NCBI GenBank assembly: GCA_963514005.1
Contig: OY740786.1
Coordinates: 23,870,001-23,934,000 of the forward strand
From: Raja brachyura
Lineage: Eukaryota
DNA: 64,000 bases
Reading direction: 5' to 3'
In this document: piece after piece, positions 13,234 through 27,269 of the stretch
How positions within the stretch are numbered: position 1 is the first letter of the stretch
Layout of the letters: every line of letters starts with the position of its first letter
The notes under the pieces: generated by a model
The model's input: only the letters and a program-made list of their open reading frames with translations
Told to the model about the DNA's origin: nothing
Databases searched by the model: none
Position numbers and translations under genes: made by a program

Positions 13234-14100
13234 ATACCTTTGTATGCTGTTAATGATCTCAGGACATCACACAAGAAGAGGGAAACGTTGCTTTATCTAG
13301 AAATTAAAACGAGAACAATCTGAACAATCTGATGTTTACCTCACAATTGTACATATTTATAGTTAAGAAACATTCTTTATAAATATTGTTTCATCTGTAA
13401 CAAGTTAATACCATAATTTAATTACAACTGGGATAAATATGGTAAGGCGGCTATTTACAGAATGGGTATTGTTGTTACAAAAATTAACAGCACGACTTTT
13501 TCACAATCTTCCAATAGTATTTCACAATTTAAACTTGCAAAGCACAAAACATCACAAGATAAAAACTCAGCTAACAGAAGAAATACATTCACAAGCAATT
13601 AATCGTGTTCTTTATGTGTATTTGTGAACTGTAACTTGACTTTGGCACAGTTTCCATTCTATATGATTGGATGAAGATTTTACAATCAGTCTCCCTGCAA
13701 AGGGCGACTTAACTTTCAGCATTAAAATACAAGGAAATCATTCTCTCCGTCCGTTTGTGCTTCCATTATGTCCAATTTGGGAAGCCTTGTCATCTCAAGG
13801 AAGAAATCACTAGCTGTGAAAGAACACTCAGTCTCAAAGATCCCAAATCCAGTTCAGCAGACAGTCAAAGCTTCTTTTGCACAAAATTGTAAAAGTAGCC
13901 TAAATATTTGTTCCGTGAGACATAAATAAAATTTGATCTTAATTTCTGCAAAATCACTGCAACTCGGTATTGCTGGTATGGGGGGTTTATTTCGTTCTCA
14001 GTTTTCCTTTAACGCAGACTGCAGATAAAGCTGTTTGATCTATTTTCAAGTTTAGAGACGGAGGTGACGATCTTCCACGTTTGGGGCCTTTGGTCTTTTT

Positions 14101-14286
14101 TTACACATACCACTCATTGAAGTTGGAAGAGATGCCGACGTTGGTATGCACGGCAGTAGAGGCGGGGGATAAATTATTGCTGTTTGGAGGTTCGACAGAC
14201 GGTGAGACCAGGACTGGTGGAGTGGACGATTCATAGCCAGAGCTGGCTGCTGGTGAGGATTCAGAACCTTGAGATGCTTCATGGAC
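14101..14286 (-). CDS. ZIC2: ZIC2 coding exon 3 (C-terminus)
   Basis: Acceptor CTCTCATGCAG|GTC; [24 protein letters not shown]...[12 protein letters not shown]. Spliced CDS 1012+164+186=1362 nt, 453 aa. Confidence 0.96.
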   Translation of the reverse strand, partial: VHEASQGSESSPAASSGYESSTPPVLVSPSVEPPNSNNLSPASTAVHTNVGISSNFNEWYV

Positions 14287-14402
14287 CTGCATGAGAGAAA
14301 CAGTCAAAATCGTTTTTGAAAAAAAAAACCCAGTTGTAAACGTCGATTGAACTACTAACATTATTGCCTTGCATACACTTAAGGCGACTGCTCGCGCAAC
14401 TA

Positions 14403-14657
<255 letters not shown>

Positions 14658-16485
14658 TCAATGTGAGCGCCACATTATGCGCCTTGCAAAGCACCTGGAT
14701 TTAATACTTGGTTTATTACTAAAAAAAACACTTCATATTATCAATCATCGGCATTTATGATCTGCCCTGACATTCGTAATTGCAGGCAAGATGCAACTAA
14801 AATATTTCAAATGAAACATCCCAAATTGGAAAGACTGTACGGAAATGTGCTTACAAAAATGATTCGCCTTTGGATTTGAATTATGTGATTATGCAAGCAC
14901 TTGGTTTACATTGGTCGGGTTCATTTCTCCAAATGTAAAGCCGCGATTAGAAGGTTCGCAGCTGATTGTAACGTGGGACCTCGCACTAACGCAGTGGCAG
15001 ACTGGAGATAAATAATCTATTTCGACTTTCAGAATGAGCATGTGTACTAAATGCATCTATCCGAATGAATTTTTGAAATGAACTATACCAAATAAAATGG
15101 TCAGCGGTTTTATGAACCAATATATCCCTCCCCGCCAAGTTACCGCCACCGCGTTGATATTCCTGTGTAGAAACACGTTTTTAATAAAGTCCTAACCCAT
15201 TTGCTTATGTTTAAGGGGATTACACTTTATTAAAAAAAAATAGTAATTGCATCTATGGGTCGAAAATCACCCTTCTGAACTTTTGTTTATCGACAATTCC
15301 TGGGCGGCGGAAGCAAGAGGTGTGAATCACTCAGAAGTATTGCTAAACGCGGAGGAACAATGCAACATTACATTTATTAGCATTTAAATGGTTTTCGAGA
15401 GATATGCAAACCGCCTTGAAATCGGAAGGATTGCTACTCCAAGGAAATAAATTTCCCAGTTGAAATCCAAGCTAAAGACACGTCTAGCACATATGATTAA
15501 TCGTACACTTGAGCGAACAATAGGCCTACATCCTTCCACCACTCTGGATCAAGTCATTATAGTGCATGTTTATTTTAAATAACTTATTAATTAATTACCG
15601 CTTTTGTTTATCTCTCCCTTTTGAAGAAGCAGCGATTTAGAAAATAAAAACATGATTGAAAATAGTGAATGGCGCGCGATGGAGAGTGGATGAATTTCTC
15701 AGCTGCCTCGTTTCACACACAAGAACTTACTCTCTGTCCTTACATTGCATGTTGACCTATATTCAAAGTTTATGGTGCAAACACAGGCCACTACTGATGA
15801 CATAATTCCATACGCTGGAGAGAAATATTATGCAATGCGACATAATATGCAAGTCATACATGCCGTCTCCGGAAGGCTTTTCTGCTTCCTACCCGTTATA
15901 TCTTTATGCATTTTAAATCTCTGACCCAAGGCAAAACCCTCGAATATCAGAATGCAAATCTTAAAATGTTTTCATGTATTTTTTATAGGCCAGGGACCTG
16001 TAATTCATTCGCTTTCTGGATGAAATTCAATGCCCAGAATTTGTGAAATGTCGTTTTACTTATCATCAGAACAGCAGGAATTTTACTCATGTTAGAGTTT
16101 TTTAAACATAAGCGATTGAACTGATTTACTTTTAAAATGTGTCAGATTTTTAATGTTGGTTATTATTTTACTGAACTTTCACAATTAAAAAACCATCTGG
16201 AATTAAAACTATTGCTCGCGTTGTTATAGGTTGCAGCAGCGAGATTTTTCAAATGGTTTAGAAAGTTAAAAAAAAAATTACATTTCGAAACGCTTTCAAT
16301 TAAAACAAATTTTTTTTTGGGTAACAGACACATTATTGTAGTGATTCGGTGAGCGGTTGAAATATCCGCTGAGAAGAGAATAGCCTGACTCGTGTGTAGC
16401 GAGGGAGGGACTGTCTCTCCCGCGTTAACGTGAAGCGCGGACCCGGCGTTTGTGGTGGGAGAGAGACTGAAAGTTTGGAGCTTAC

Positions 16486-17497
16486 CTGTGTGGGTGCGTT
16501 TGTGGATTTTTAAGTTCTCTGACCTGGCGAAAACTTTGCCGCAGCCGGGAAACGGGCAGGGGAACGGCTTCTCGCCGGTGTGAACCCTGATGTGATTCAC
16601 CAATTTGTATTTGGCTTTGAAAGGCTTGCCTTCCCGGGCGCAGTCTTCCCAGAAGCAGATGTGGTTGGTCTGCTCCGGACCTCCGACATGCTCCACCGAA
16701 ACGTGGGTGACCAACTCGTGCATAGTGCTGAAGGTTTTGTTGCAGGACTTTTTGGGGTTGGCCAGTTGTTCGGGATCGACCCATTTACAGATGAGTTCCT
16801 GCTTGATGGGTTGCCGCATGTATCGGAAGAAGGCTCCTGCACCGCGATGCGTTGCCATATTCATGCCCATGTTCATATTCATCTGTCCATAGTTGTGGTG
16901 GTGATGGTGCACTTGGGCAGCCGAGAAGGGGTCAGTCCTGGGACACTGGTCCGAGCGCCCGAATACTTCACCGGCCAGCCCCAGGCGCATTTGGCCGTTC
17001 AGGACGTGTGCATTTGGAGACGGATGCGATGCTCCTTGTTCGTGGATGCCCGGGAACAGAATATGTGCCGAGGTGTCCGAATGTGGGTGATGTAAGCCCC
17101 CGGGGCTCGGTCCGAAGATACCGTGCTGTCCAGAGCCCGGGCTCGAATCGGTGTAGCCGCGGCTGCGGAAGATAAAGTCCCGCGTGGAGTTGAAAGCGGC
17201 GCCCGAGTAGGAGCCGACATGGGCGGCGTGGGGAGCTAAAGCGGACGGGTATCCCGGGCCGGCCGCCGCTTGTGCGCTGAAAGCCGAGGTCTGGGCAGCG
17301 GACGGAAGGTCGTGGTGGACGCCGGCATTCAGCTTGAAGGCGCCCATGTGCGCCGAGTCGACAAAGGTGTTCTGAGACATGGCCAGATCCCGGTCGGACA
17401 TGTCGGCGGTGGAGTGGTGGTGATGGTGGTGATGGTGGTGCCTCGCGAAGGTGCCCACCCCGAGGGTGGGGAACTGCGGTCCCGCATCCAGCAGCAT
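16486..17497 (-). CDS. ZIC2: ZIC2 coding exon 1 (ZOC box, ZF-NC domain, C2H2 fingers 1-3)
   Basis: ATG at 17497 gives [22 protein letters not shown], the ZIC2-type N-terminus; FNSTRDF ZOC motif; [19 protein letters not shown]; ends HTG at phase-1 donor G|GTAAG (16486/16485). Confidence 0.97.
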
Positions 17498-17536
17498 TCC
17501 CCTGAAAGCGGGGAGCAAACAAACAAATCTCTTACT

Positions 17537-17591
17537 CCACAACCCACCCCCAGCAAACACACACACACGCACACACACACACACACACGCA
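17537..17591. repeat. (CA)n microsatellite in the ZIC2 5' leader
   Basis: Imperfect CA run about 40 nt upstream of the ATG. Confidence 0.9.
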
Positions 17592-17906
17592 CAGGTCAGT
17601 AGCAGCAGCAACTTCAGAGACGCCTTGATGTTGTCAGTGTTTACGGTGGTTTTCTAAAGGAATCAGAACGCACCAGTCCATGAATCACAAATCCAGCCCG
17701 ACGATTCGCCCCTTCCCAAATGCGTTCTTTTTTTTGGCAAGTAAAAAAAAGCGACGAGAAAAACGATCGAGCCAAATTATCGCGTGCAACTTTTTTTGAT
17801 GTCCTTGAAACAGTTTGTTTTTATTGCGATCACATTGAAGTTTGTTTTCTTCAGTGCTAAGAATTTCCCACGGAGAAAACGCATTTGAAGGCTCTTGCTG
17901 TCTTGT

Positions 17907-17907
17907 T

Positions 17908-17939
<32 letters not shown>

Positions 17940-17952
17940 CCTCTCTCTCTCT
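17907..17952. repeat. (CT)n microsatellite upstream of ZIC2
   Basis: Visible CT dinucleotide run. Confidence 0.9.
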
Positions 17953-17989
17953 GTCGGCAGATGCGGTGTTGCCAGTGATAGCGATAATC

Positions 17990-18480
17990 AGAATGGCAGA
18001 TAAATAAGGAGTAGAGATAAGAGAATCCTGAGGATAAATGCGTGGGGAGGGGTTGAGGGGGGAGGGGGGCCTTAAGTTGGTTCCGCGCCTGTCATATGAT
18101 GCAGAGATCGGCTGCTGGCTGGAGTGACGGCGCTTCTCCCAACACCCCTTTTAAACAGGACAGCGGCCACTCTGTAATGGCTTTTCATTGGACAACTCCG
18201 CCTCATCCATTCCAGGTAGCTTGCTCCAAACGCGTCGCCATTTTTCATTAATTACGCCTACTTTGATTTGTGCTTTTTTCTCTCTCCCCGAGATCGGCCA
18301 TTACTGCACCACTTCTGTCCCCCGCCAATACAACCGGCGAAGCAGCAGCCTCACGTTTTTCACTGCATAGCAATAAAAAAGTTAATCGAAATCTGTTGTA
18401 ATGACTTGCGAGCAAATTGTGGGAGTTGGGGCGGCGGGGAGAGGGCGTGGGGGCGAATCCAATGTCCACAGCATTATACG
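17990..18480 (-). promoter_or_regulatory. ZIC2 proximal promoter region
   Basis: GC-rich segment upstream of the ZIC2 ATG with G-rich/GC boxes (GGGCGGCGGGG, GGGCGTGGGGGCG) and CCAAT boxes (ATTGG near 18187, CCAAT near 18460); TSS not determinable. Confidence 0.55.
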
Positions 18481-20383
18481 CGTTTCCTACCCCCTAGTGC
18501 ATAACTGGTGCCTTTTACATGTAAATATGGAACATGTTATAAATCAGACAACTTTTTTCATGAACTTGTCGATTGAAAGGTTTGGGGCATTACAACAGCG
18601 AGACAGACAAATCCGCTTCTGATTCTAGTTGTGAGACTCGGCTTGTGAGCCAAGGCAACGGTTTAATCCGATTCGACACCTATTAAATTGCACACCATAT
18701 TATTTTTTTTCAGTGAAATACGTTCCACGACTTAAGTTCGATTTATTTCATGTTCGATTTTGGAGGGAGCGGATTGTGAAATGAAAAGGGAGCAGAAATG
18801 AAACTCCCCGTCGACGCACGGGCAGTTTATTTACTTATTGTCACGGGCGGAGCACGCCATGGTTTCTGTTTGGGAAATCGAGGCCAGTGTAGTGGAGGAA
18901 AACTCTGCATTCAAGGGCAAGTCTGGAATGAGAAAACGAAAATCAAAGCAACATAACGGAAACAGCCCCCACTACCCCCTCCTCTTTCAACCCTGCTCCA
19001 CGTATCCTCTCGTCCCCCCAAACCACACAGTGTTAATTAAAAAAATCTAATGTTACGCTTTTTACTGACCTATTGTTCAGAAACGCCAATACTATAATTT
19101 GCGATGAACTATATATATATATATAGTATCAGTATATATATAAACTGATGCAACACCGGAAGGATTTTGGAAAAAAAATGAACACGGCAATGGATTTAAT
19201 GAACGTGCCAATAATGTATGGAGTTGAATGTTGGTTCGGCATCCTGCTTGTTTGCAATAGAGCTTCTTGCAGCTTTTTTTTTAGTGGTCTGGGTTTTTTT
19301 TAACAAAGAAGTTTTGGTGTTGGTTTAATTCACTAATTCCTGTCTAAAGCGGCGCAGCTTCGTGCTCACCGCTATTCTTTCACTCCTCCAGGGCTGGACT
19401 CTGCAGGGACTACAGGAGCCGATCCAAGTTCAAAGTCACGTTTGCCGACTTCTCTACAGAGCTTTATTATTTCTCTGCAAACCGCCCCTTCCACCAAAAA
19501 AAAACTCTACTCTTGGTCACTGAGGTTGCGAGAGAGAGAGAGATACAGACTGACAGAGACAGAGACAGAGAGGGAAATGCAGAAATTCAATTGCATTTCG
19601 GTACCATGGTAGCAGAATGCAGACAGAAGCTGAAGGTGGACAGTGAGAAGGGCCAGCGGCTGCTAATTTATCAATTTAATGGTACTTCAACAGGTTTCAA
19701 TAGGTAAGCAATGAACTTACTATATGAGAGATGGTGCTCTAAGGCTACGGAGAATGTCTTTATCCACTTAGCCAAATCCAGAATCGGCTCTCGCCTTTAT
19801 AGCGACAGCACTTCTTTTGTTAGCGAGCAGGCTTGTTTTAATAACTGCCAACAGTGAAGCCCATACAATATCCTCTTTCATCCATATCAACCTTGTCACA
19901 TATTTCAATCTATTTTTGAATAAAGTTAGTGAAAGTGCGCCGGAGAACTCAACGCTGCATTCATGACAAGTAAATGTGATAGGTTTTTTTGTTTGGGCGG
20001 GGGGGCGGGGGGGGGGGCGATTAGGATCTGGGGTGGGATGTAGAGAGAACTTTTACAGCAACCAACGCTCGACAATACTCCCGTATCAGCTACTGCTTAG
20101 AGGATTGTGTACGGTCGTTTGTTTTTGCGTTTTGTTAGTTATGAAAATCCCTTGAGCACAACAAAAACATATTTTCTAAAAATATAGTTCTTCGACAGCA
20201 TTTAAATGGTAGGCAAGACAGAACGCATTGGGATCGGGGTGGAAGCGGGGAGAAATAGTCACCTTTCCTTGTTATTCATTGTTTTGAATAAACAATTAAA
20301 CCTTCTAGGTTATTGGGTGCAGTGAATAACCGAATGGCATACTTTTTAAAAACCTTTCTTTTGATTCCGGCGATGAAGTTAGG

Positions 20384-20531
20384 NNNNNNNNNNNNNNNNN
20401 NNNNNNNNNNNNNNNNNNNNNNNNNNNNNNNNNNNNNNNNNNNNNNNNNNNNNNNNNNNNNNNNNNNNNNNNNNNNNNNNNNNNNNNNNNNNNNNNNNNN
20501 NNNNNNNNNNNNNNNNNNNNNNNNNNNNNNN
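20384..20531. other. Assembly gap or masked run (N)
   Basis: Run of N. Confidence 1.
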
Positions 20532-22715
20532 AAAACACCGAAAAGGCAACAAATGTATATGTGCAAATTACACACGAACTATCCAAATCATTAGATGTCT
20601 AAGCATTATGGAATCATAAATATAATTATTTCGAGTCGCGTATAGATGTAATCGTTTTGACTCCTCCATAAACATAGGGCGTGTTCGGGGCTATTTAACT
20701 TGATTGAAGCAGTGATCTTTTTTAAATAAAATTGCATTTCGTCAAATAAATTCAGCGATATTGAATGTAAGGAATGTTAGATACTCCTGAAATCATGTTT
20801 TATATCAGGAAACCCCTCTCGCGTTATCATCTGTCAATAACGCGATTGAGCTTGAATCCAATTGAGCTAATCAAGGGACTATTGCTTTTAAAATTGCAGT
20901 TGCTCTTGCTTACTTTCGCTGTGACCTGAGGTAAAGCTTTAATGGTATATACATTCCTTCTTTGAAAGCAAAATAATTTTTTTAAAAAGACAGTTATTCA
21001 ATGGAAAGAGTTTATGAAAAAAAAAAAAATTTGTTGAACACTTCATTGTCATTTGATTTAAGTTAGTTTTTGAGTATTTCTTAACATAAATCAATTTTGT
21101 GTTCTGGCAATGTATGTCTCGTGAGATACAAATCGTGCAATGCATATATATTATTGTGCGAATTTGCTTGTTAGACGGCAGGAGGAAGTGTGTGTTTTGC
21201 CTGCTGATATGGAACGGCGCAGACAACTTTGAACAAATGCAGTGTTGTTAATTTGATCTATACATCAAAGAGAGTAGAATTACAGTATGTATGGCTGTGT
21301 TAGTCGTGGGAACATTCTAGGAACACAGCTGAATGAATCCACTTACTGGTTTGTGGAATACAGTTCCATATGTTAATATTAGTGACTGGGAACAGGAACT
21401 CGCTGAATTTGGACTGAGATTAATCATGTGTCCAGCTAAGGACTGAGAAGTTTTGTGTACTTAAGCAATTAAGCAGAGAAAACCCACGCGTTCTAAGTAT
21501 GTACTGTGCTTATAAAGGTTATTTTAGATGCCACAAACGTGAACAGCTAGGGCCTGTTGCTTTCAGTCAAGCTTGCACATGCTAGGAAATGCATATGTAG
21601 ATTACAGAACTGCAATACGAGTATTAAAGCTTCCTCGACCTTTAGCGAAGCTTCCGAAAACATTTTACGATAGCATATTAAAGAAAAGACAAACCGAAGT
21701 GACATGTGTTATCAGTTTACGAGATGGCGACCTATGATTGTTATTCCATAAATTATATCTGCAGTTAACCCCTGTAAAGTCTGTCCTGTTTTAAAACACA
21801 TTAGTGGTGTAATTTATTTCGGAGGCAGGCTGTGGGTGTTCTGCACCTTCTTGTTATCAGTATCTCAATCACATTCACATGAATCGTCCGACTACCGTGT
21901 AAAGGTAAAGACTGCATGTGGCAAACGTGGGTCCTATTTTTTTTATTTGGAACAGCAGCTCACAAGTTCTTGCCATCAATTGATCGTTATTCACGAATGG
22001 GGGAGAAAAAAAAGGAAGAAACGCGACGGGCGAGCACGAGATTGAAAAAATGTGGTGGGGTGACAAATAGCAGAAAAAAACTAATACAATAATGGGTTTG
22101 TGAAAGGCATTTAAATCACCTGTACATTGACCTTGGTGATCATCGCGATAATAAGGGCAAATTGTTAATGTTTAAAAAAATAAATGAGATACTTGCAATG
22201 CAGTATTTAATCAAAACATAAATTAAGTTATAAGAAAGACACAATGTTACACTTTGCCAATCCTTTGAAATAATCAATAAATTGCCAAGGAATCTCTTTC
22301 GCTAGTATTTGCTGAATTCTTTTTAGCATAAAATGTGATGGGCGAAAATGTCAAATTTGAAGGAAAACGTAAAATTAATTCTCGCAAGGTCGGTTATATA
22401 TCTACTGCCATGTGCTTAAAGTAGTATAAGGTTTAGAGTACATATTGATGTTTAAGGTTTAGAATTAATGTACGTGTAAATGTCCAAGGTTTAGAATTCA
22501 TGCCTTTGGTTTGCTACAACTATCCGATATCGCTGCTAACCTGTTTTTACCAAAGATTCCGCTTTTTTTTAAGCCCCTAAAGGATGAACCAACATTTAAG
22601 CAAAATGAAAGCTGGCTCTACTGACTGCTGTAGTAGGGTTAATTATGTCGTTTTCATCAGGGTAATATAACAATAATGCTGAATTTTGTGATTAACACGA
22701 TTGCCTAAAATTATT

Positions 22716-22848
22716 NNNNNNNNNNNNNNNNNNNNNNNNNNNNNNNNNNNNNNNNNNNNNNNNNNNNNNNNNNNNNNNNNNNNNNNNNNNNNNNNNNNNN
22801 NNNNNNNNNNNNNNNNNNNNNNNNNNNNNNNNNNNNNNNNNNNNNNNN
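22716..22848. other. Assembly gap or masked run (N)
   Basis: Run of N. Confidence 1.
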
Positions 22849-24699
22849 GACGGAAAACTTGAAAGTCCCATACTCACATCTGCATAACCTGTTTCGGTGT
22901 GTGACTATCCGAAAGATCACAAACACAAGACCTCTGTTCGCACTCTTTCATATTGGCCTGAATAAGTAGAAACACATTATAAACAAAGTGTTAAACCGCT
23001 AGGAAGTGTTGAATCAAGTTTTACTGATAGTCTATTAATTACCCCATCCATTGAAAAGAAACATGTATCTGTTCAATAATTAAGGGGGTGCACTCAAGCG
23101 TATGGGGATTTTATGTGAATCCGGCCTTACAAGGCATGAGGTAATGGAGCGGCGGATTGCTATAAGGACATGGCTTGTATGATGTGGCAATTGACAGACA
23201 ACATGGCTTTGTAGGCAAGTTGTTGTGGTTTACCACCAGTAAGTACTAGAAAGGGACGAAGAACAATACTAAACACACACGACAATGCTTTCAGAACGTT
23301 GCATTCGGCCTGGCTCCACGCACCTGCATTCATCGTCTGCATTTTACGGTGCAGAGTAATATTATAGTTGCTTCTGATACGACCAACTACCTTTCAGCCT
23401 ACCTTTGTTTCCTCCTCAGTCGTATATCTGTGTTCTTCTGGAATTCAAAATCTCCTTTACCCACCCATCGAATACCTTGCATTTTCATTCGGTGTTCTGT
23501 GGAATCCAACACTTTGTTTCCAAAAGTTGCCATAATTTTGGCCGCCACTTGCTCTCTTCCATAATTGACGAGTTAGCACGATACCCCTTCTGGATTGTTA
23601 AAATGTTATTATAATAATTCCTGTTTCCTTAATTTGCACCCTCGCTTACTATCGTTTGTGTTACACAGGCTGCATTAATAACCACTTTATGATTCCACTA
23701 GATCACTTCGCTGTGTTACCTATACTCTTAAAATTACCATTATTTAGTTACACTACCCTGCTTAATAATTCAAATCACTTTGAATAGTCACCGGCATTCT
23801 ACCAAATATAATGAACAGCTAAAATTAGAATTTTGAACTGGAAGCATAATGATGCTTTAAGAGTAATAAGAGATAATAAAACACCGGGAAATCGGAAGCA
23901 ATTTCCTTAAAAATAACTAAGCCTGGAAAAACAGAAACAGGAAACCAATTCATTGCAATTATAACACAAGCACAGTGTTTAATGAGTATTTAGCTTTATC
24001 CTTGAGACAGGAGGGAGAGGCGCAACGCTGGGCTAAAGGAGCTCAGAAGGAGAAAATTAGTGCCAGATATTTGTTATATTTGAAATGTTTTTCACAATGA
24101 TTGTGCGGTGAACACAATCCTAATTTACAAGTATCACCAACTTTCTTCGGGATCCATTTAAGTGCTTATTTTTTGTTCTTTTGCATCGGTCGTAGTTCAT
24201 AAAAAAAAACAATGCAATCATTTAGGTAATTAAAATGTATAAATAATTAGATTTTAGACACGTGGAAATAAAATCGACTATAGAAGAAGGTAGACATTAA
24301 GACATATTAATCGAGGACAGATATCATTTTTGAGTTTGCTAGGATGTTACAGAGAAGAGCGCATCCTATCTAACCCCTCACCCCTGACAACACAATTCCT
24401 AAAAAGTAATGTGTTTCTATAATCAATAATGATGGCAAACATTTTGAATGGAATAAAAGAAAACCTGGAGAGTGGTTGTTTTTTAATTGCAGGTAGCAAA
24501 CACACGTAACGGGATGCTCAGAGGAAAGTTTGTGATGCGTTGAAAAGTGTCCACATGACAGGAAATTTAAGTAAATTATATTTCCCCGTTGTCTTTGAAT
24601 TTCACACCGCAATGTGAAAGTATTATCACACATTTCATAAGTCTTATCATATTCCTTGTGGATATTCTGAATCTCGCAGATGGCGAAGGGACAAAAAGC

Positions 24700-24756
24700 T
24701 TAAAGGTCAATATCAGGTAGGATATGTTATAGTTTAAAGGTCAATATCAGGTAGGA
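24700..24756. repeat. 23-bp direct duplication
   Basis: TTAAAGGTCAATATCAGGTAGGA at 24700-24722 and 24734-24756. Confidence 0.9.
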
Positions 24757-24858
24757 GTTCATGTACTCACTTTCATAAATACGGAAAAAAGAAATTTGGA
24801 CAATGCACAAAAAATAGAATGGCCAACTAACGCGTTTATGTCAGATCATGAAATGAGC

Positions 24859-24927
24859 CATAAAATGTTATGTTATATTACATAACATTTTATGTTATAT
24901 TACATAAAATGTTATGTTATATTACAT
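24859..24927. repeat. Three 22-bp units with an inverted middle block
   Basis: CATAAAATGTTATG-TTATATTA-CATAACATTTTATG-TTATATTA-CATAAAATGTTATG-TTATATTA. Confidence 0.9.
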
Positions 24928-27269
24928 ATTGCGCTTTATCCCACATTATTTATGCAAGTATTTAGGCATGTATCGCATTTTACATTAGAAATCTATAAAT
25001 TGAGTTGTGCGCAGGAGACTGATTATTGGTAGGCAGTCTTCGTGAACTGAAAATGTATCAGTCGTTTCCACTTACCTGGGATATTGCTAGAAAGTTTAAC
25101 TGCTTCACCAAAAAATATTAGGGAAACTCCTGGCAACTCCTTTGCAATGTGGTCAACTATTTTTAGTAATATTTAGCAAAGGTTCTGAATCATGCAGTGT
25201 ATTTATTGTTATTATAAAGTGCAAGCTTGGACTTCGTGTATGTTTTCGTCATAAGTCCCGGTGAAGTGATGGGCGGAGAAAAAACTGATGAACGCCATGG
25301 ATTTTTGAAGGACGTTCGCGACGTTTGGCATGGATTGGTATATTAAAATTGGAAGTTATGAAGATGCTTAAGAACAGTGGTTTAAAGTAAATTACAATGA
25401 GTCTTGGGTAGACATGGACATACTACATGCATAAAATATGTCTTATGCGCAGAATGAAAGAGGGAACGATGAGAAAATTATTAAACACAAAATTCTACAA
25501 TATTGATAAGAATTAGAGGCGAGTTAACAAGAAATAGTACTTCGGCAGATGCCTACATATACATGTAACGTTACATCGGTTGAGTTAATAAAACAACCAG
25601 TCAAAAAGGTCTGAAGATATTGTGGCTTCCGAAGACCATACTGAGAAACCGAATTGATATAGAGAAGTCATACAGAGAAGTCAGGAATGTCGGGAAATAA
25701 ATCGAGTTACATCAATCATTTCAAATATCGTGTTTCATACCCCTCTCGATTTTAATTCAATTTCAAAAAAATAATCTGAATGATTTGGGAATAGTATTCA
25801 TATAAAATGTACATGCACAGTATATCTAATTTAGGTAAAGTGCATCCTTAAACTTAACCAGTGATTTTGTATATTACGAATTGGGTATGATCAATTTACT
25901 CAAATTCTAGTCATCGTATTTGTTTGTATTTTTTATTTAACTCGGAATGAGTTTCTTGGGTAGATTATGTTACATTACGTGTCACATGTAGGAAGGTATA
26001 CTAAGAAAGCAGCGCATTATTGTATCTGTATATATGTATATTTAGTGTGTATTTATTTTGCGATAAAGTATTTGCTTTCATTTACCAGATCCCTCGTAAA
26101 AAAATCAAATAAACCGTTTGACATTGAAAAGGTAAACTAAATATAAGATTCCTCTCGTTTCTCTAAATGGAAACATAATTTCTCAGCATTAGATTGAATA
26201 AATATTAATTTAGTATTGAACATTGTGTTATAATTCCTAAGCTTTTCAGAACAATTGAACAATGATATGAAATCCACTTTATATTATTTCATTTGAGAAG
26301 AATACATGAATCTTAATAAACCTAAATTATCTGATACTTTTATTTTTCAATGTTATGTTATATCTGCGTTAATCGGAGCCCACAATAGTCGTCTCTCTGT
26401 TAAAAAAAACACATTCGTCAAAATGTATTGGCAAATGAAATTTGAATAAAATATGAACAAATCAGAAGTGATATTAAACTGAGGATAGTAATCTCTATCG
26501 AGGAAATGTAGTGAGGTGCTGATGGCAATGAGACATTAGGCAGAACGTATTATGATTCAAATGAGAATGTTGTTTCAGATAGGTTTAGCGAGATTCAAAC
26601 TAATGTTTTTTACATAAGCCCCCAATAGTAAAACCACAGCAATATTCCATGGAATACTAGGTGTTATAATGTTATAAAGCTCCCTTTCATTCATCCTTCA
26701 AACCAAAATGAAAAAAAGAATATTCGCGCATTCCTCGTTTATTACATCCGCACAAAGCTTACATTTGTTGAATGCATTTGTAACCCAATGAAACTTTCTG
26801 CTCACCAGTATTAATAACGGTTGAAGATTGATTTAAAATGTGAATTATAAAAGGCGATGCCAAAGTTGCATTGGATTTTGCACGTTAACGGTTCCTTCTA
26901 CAACTGATCCAAAATCTAGTTTTTAATTGTAAAACCGTACATGTGTTACCGTCCAATTTTGCTGGTGTGTAAAGAATTCAATTAGGGTACCTCTAAATTG
27001 ATCATTAGTAATTTGTAGTCAAAAGCACAAAAATATACAGTAGCGACGAGTTAAAGCTATATTTGCATTAATGTAGAGTAATTATGATTATCCTAAGTTT
27101 GAATGTAAAATTAATACAGTGAAATATTTACATTGGAATTTTTTAACCAGTTTGGGAATCAATTATTTTAAAATGTTCCAAGGAAATCACTGTTGGTACA
27201 TGTGATGTGTCACCAATGCTCATAGCTAAGAAGCGAATTTAAAAGGTACATGACCACAACCTGTATTTT

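Noticed and set aside
16163-16485. ORF continuation after HTG in ZIC2 (likewise 28861-29009 in ZIC5)
   Set aside because: Read-through into intron past canonical GT donors at the conserved Zic phase-1 intron.
16580-17602. Overlapping antisense and alternative-frame ORFs across ZIC2 exon 1
   Set aside because: Expected shadows of GC-rich coding sequence; no recognisable domains.
17498-17611. N-terminal extension [12 protein letters not shown]... of the 482-aa ORF
   Set aside because: Starts at TTG and translates a microsatellite; the conserved start is the ATG at 17497.
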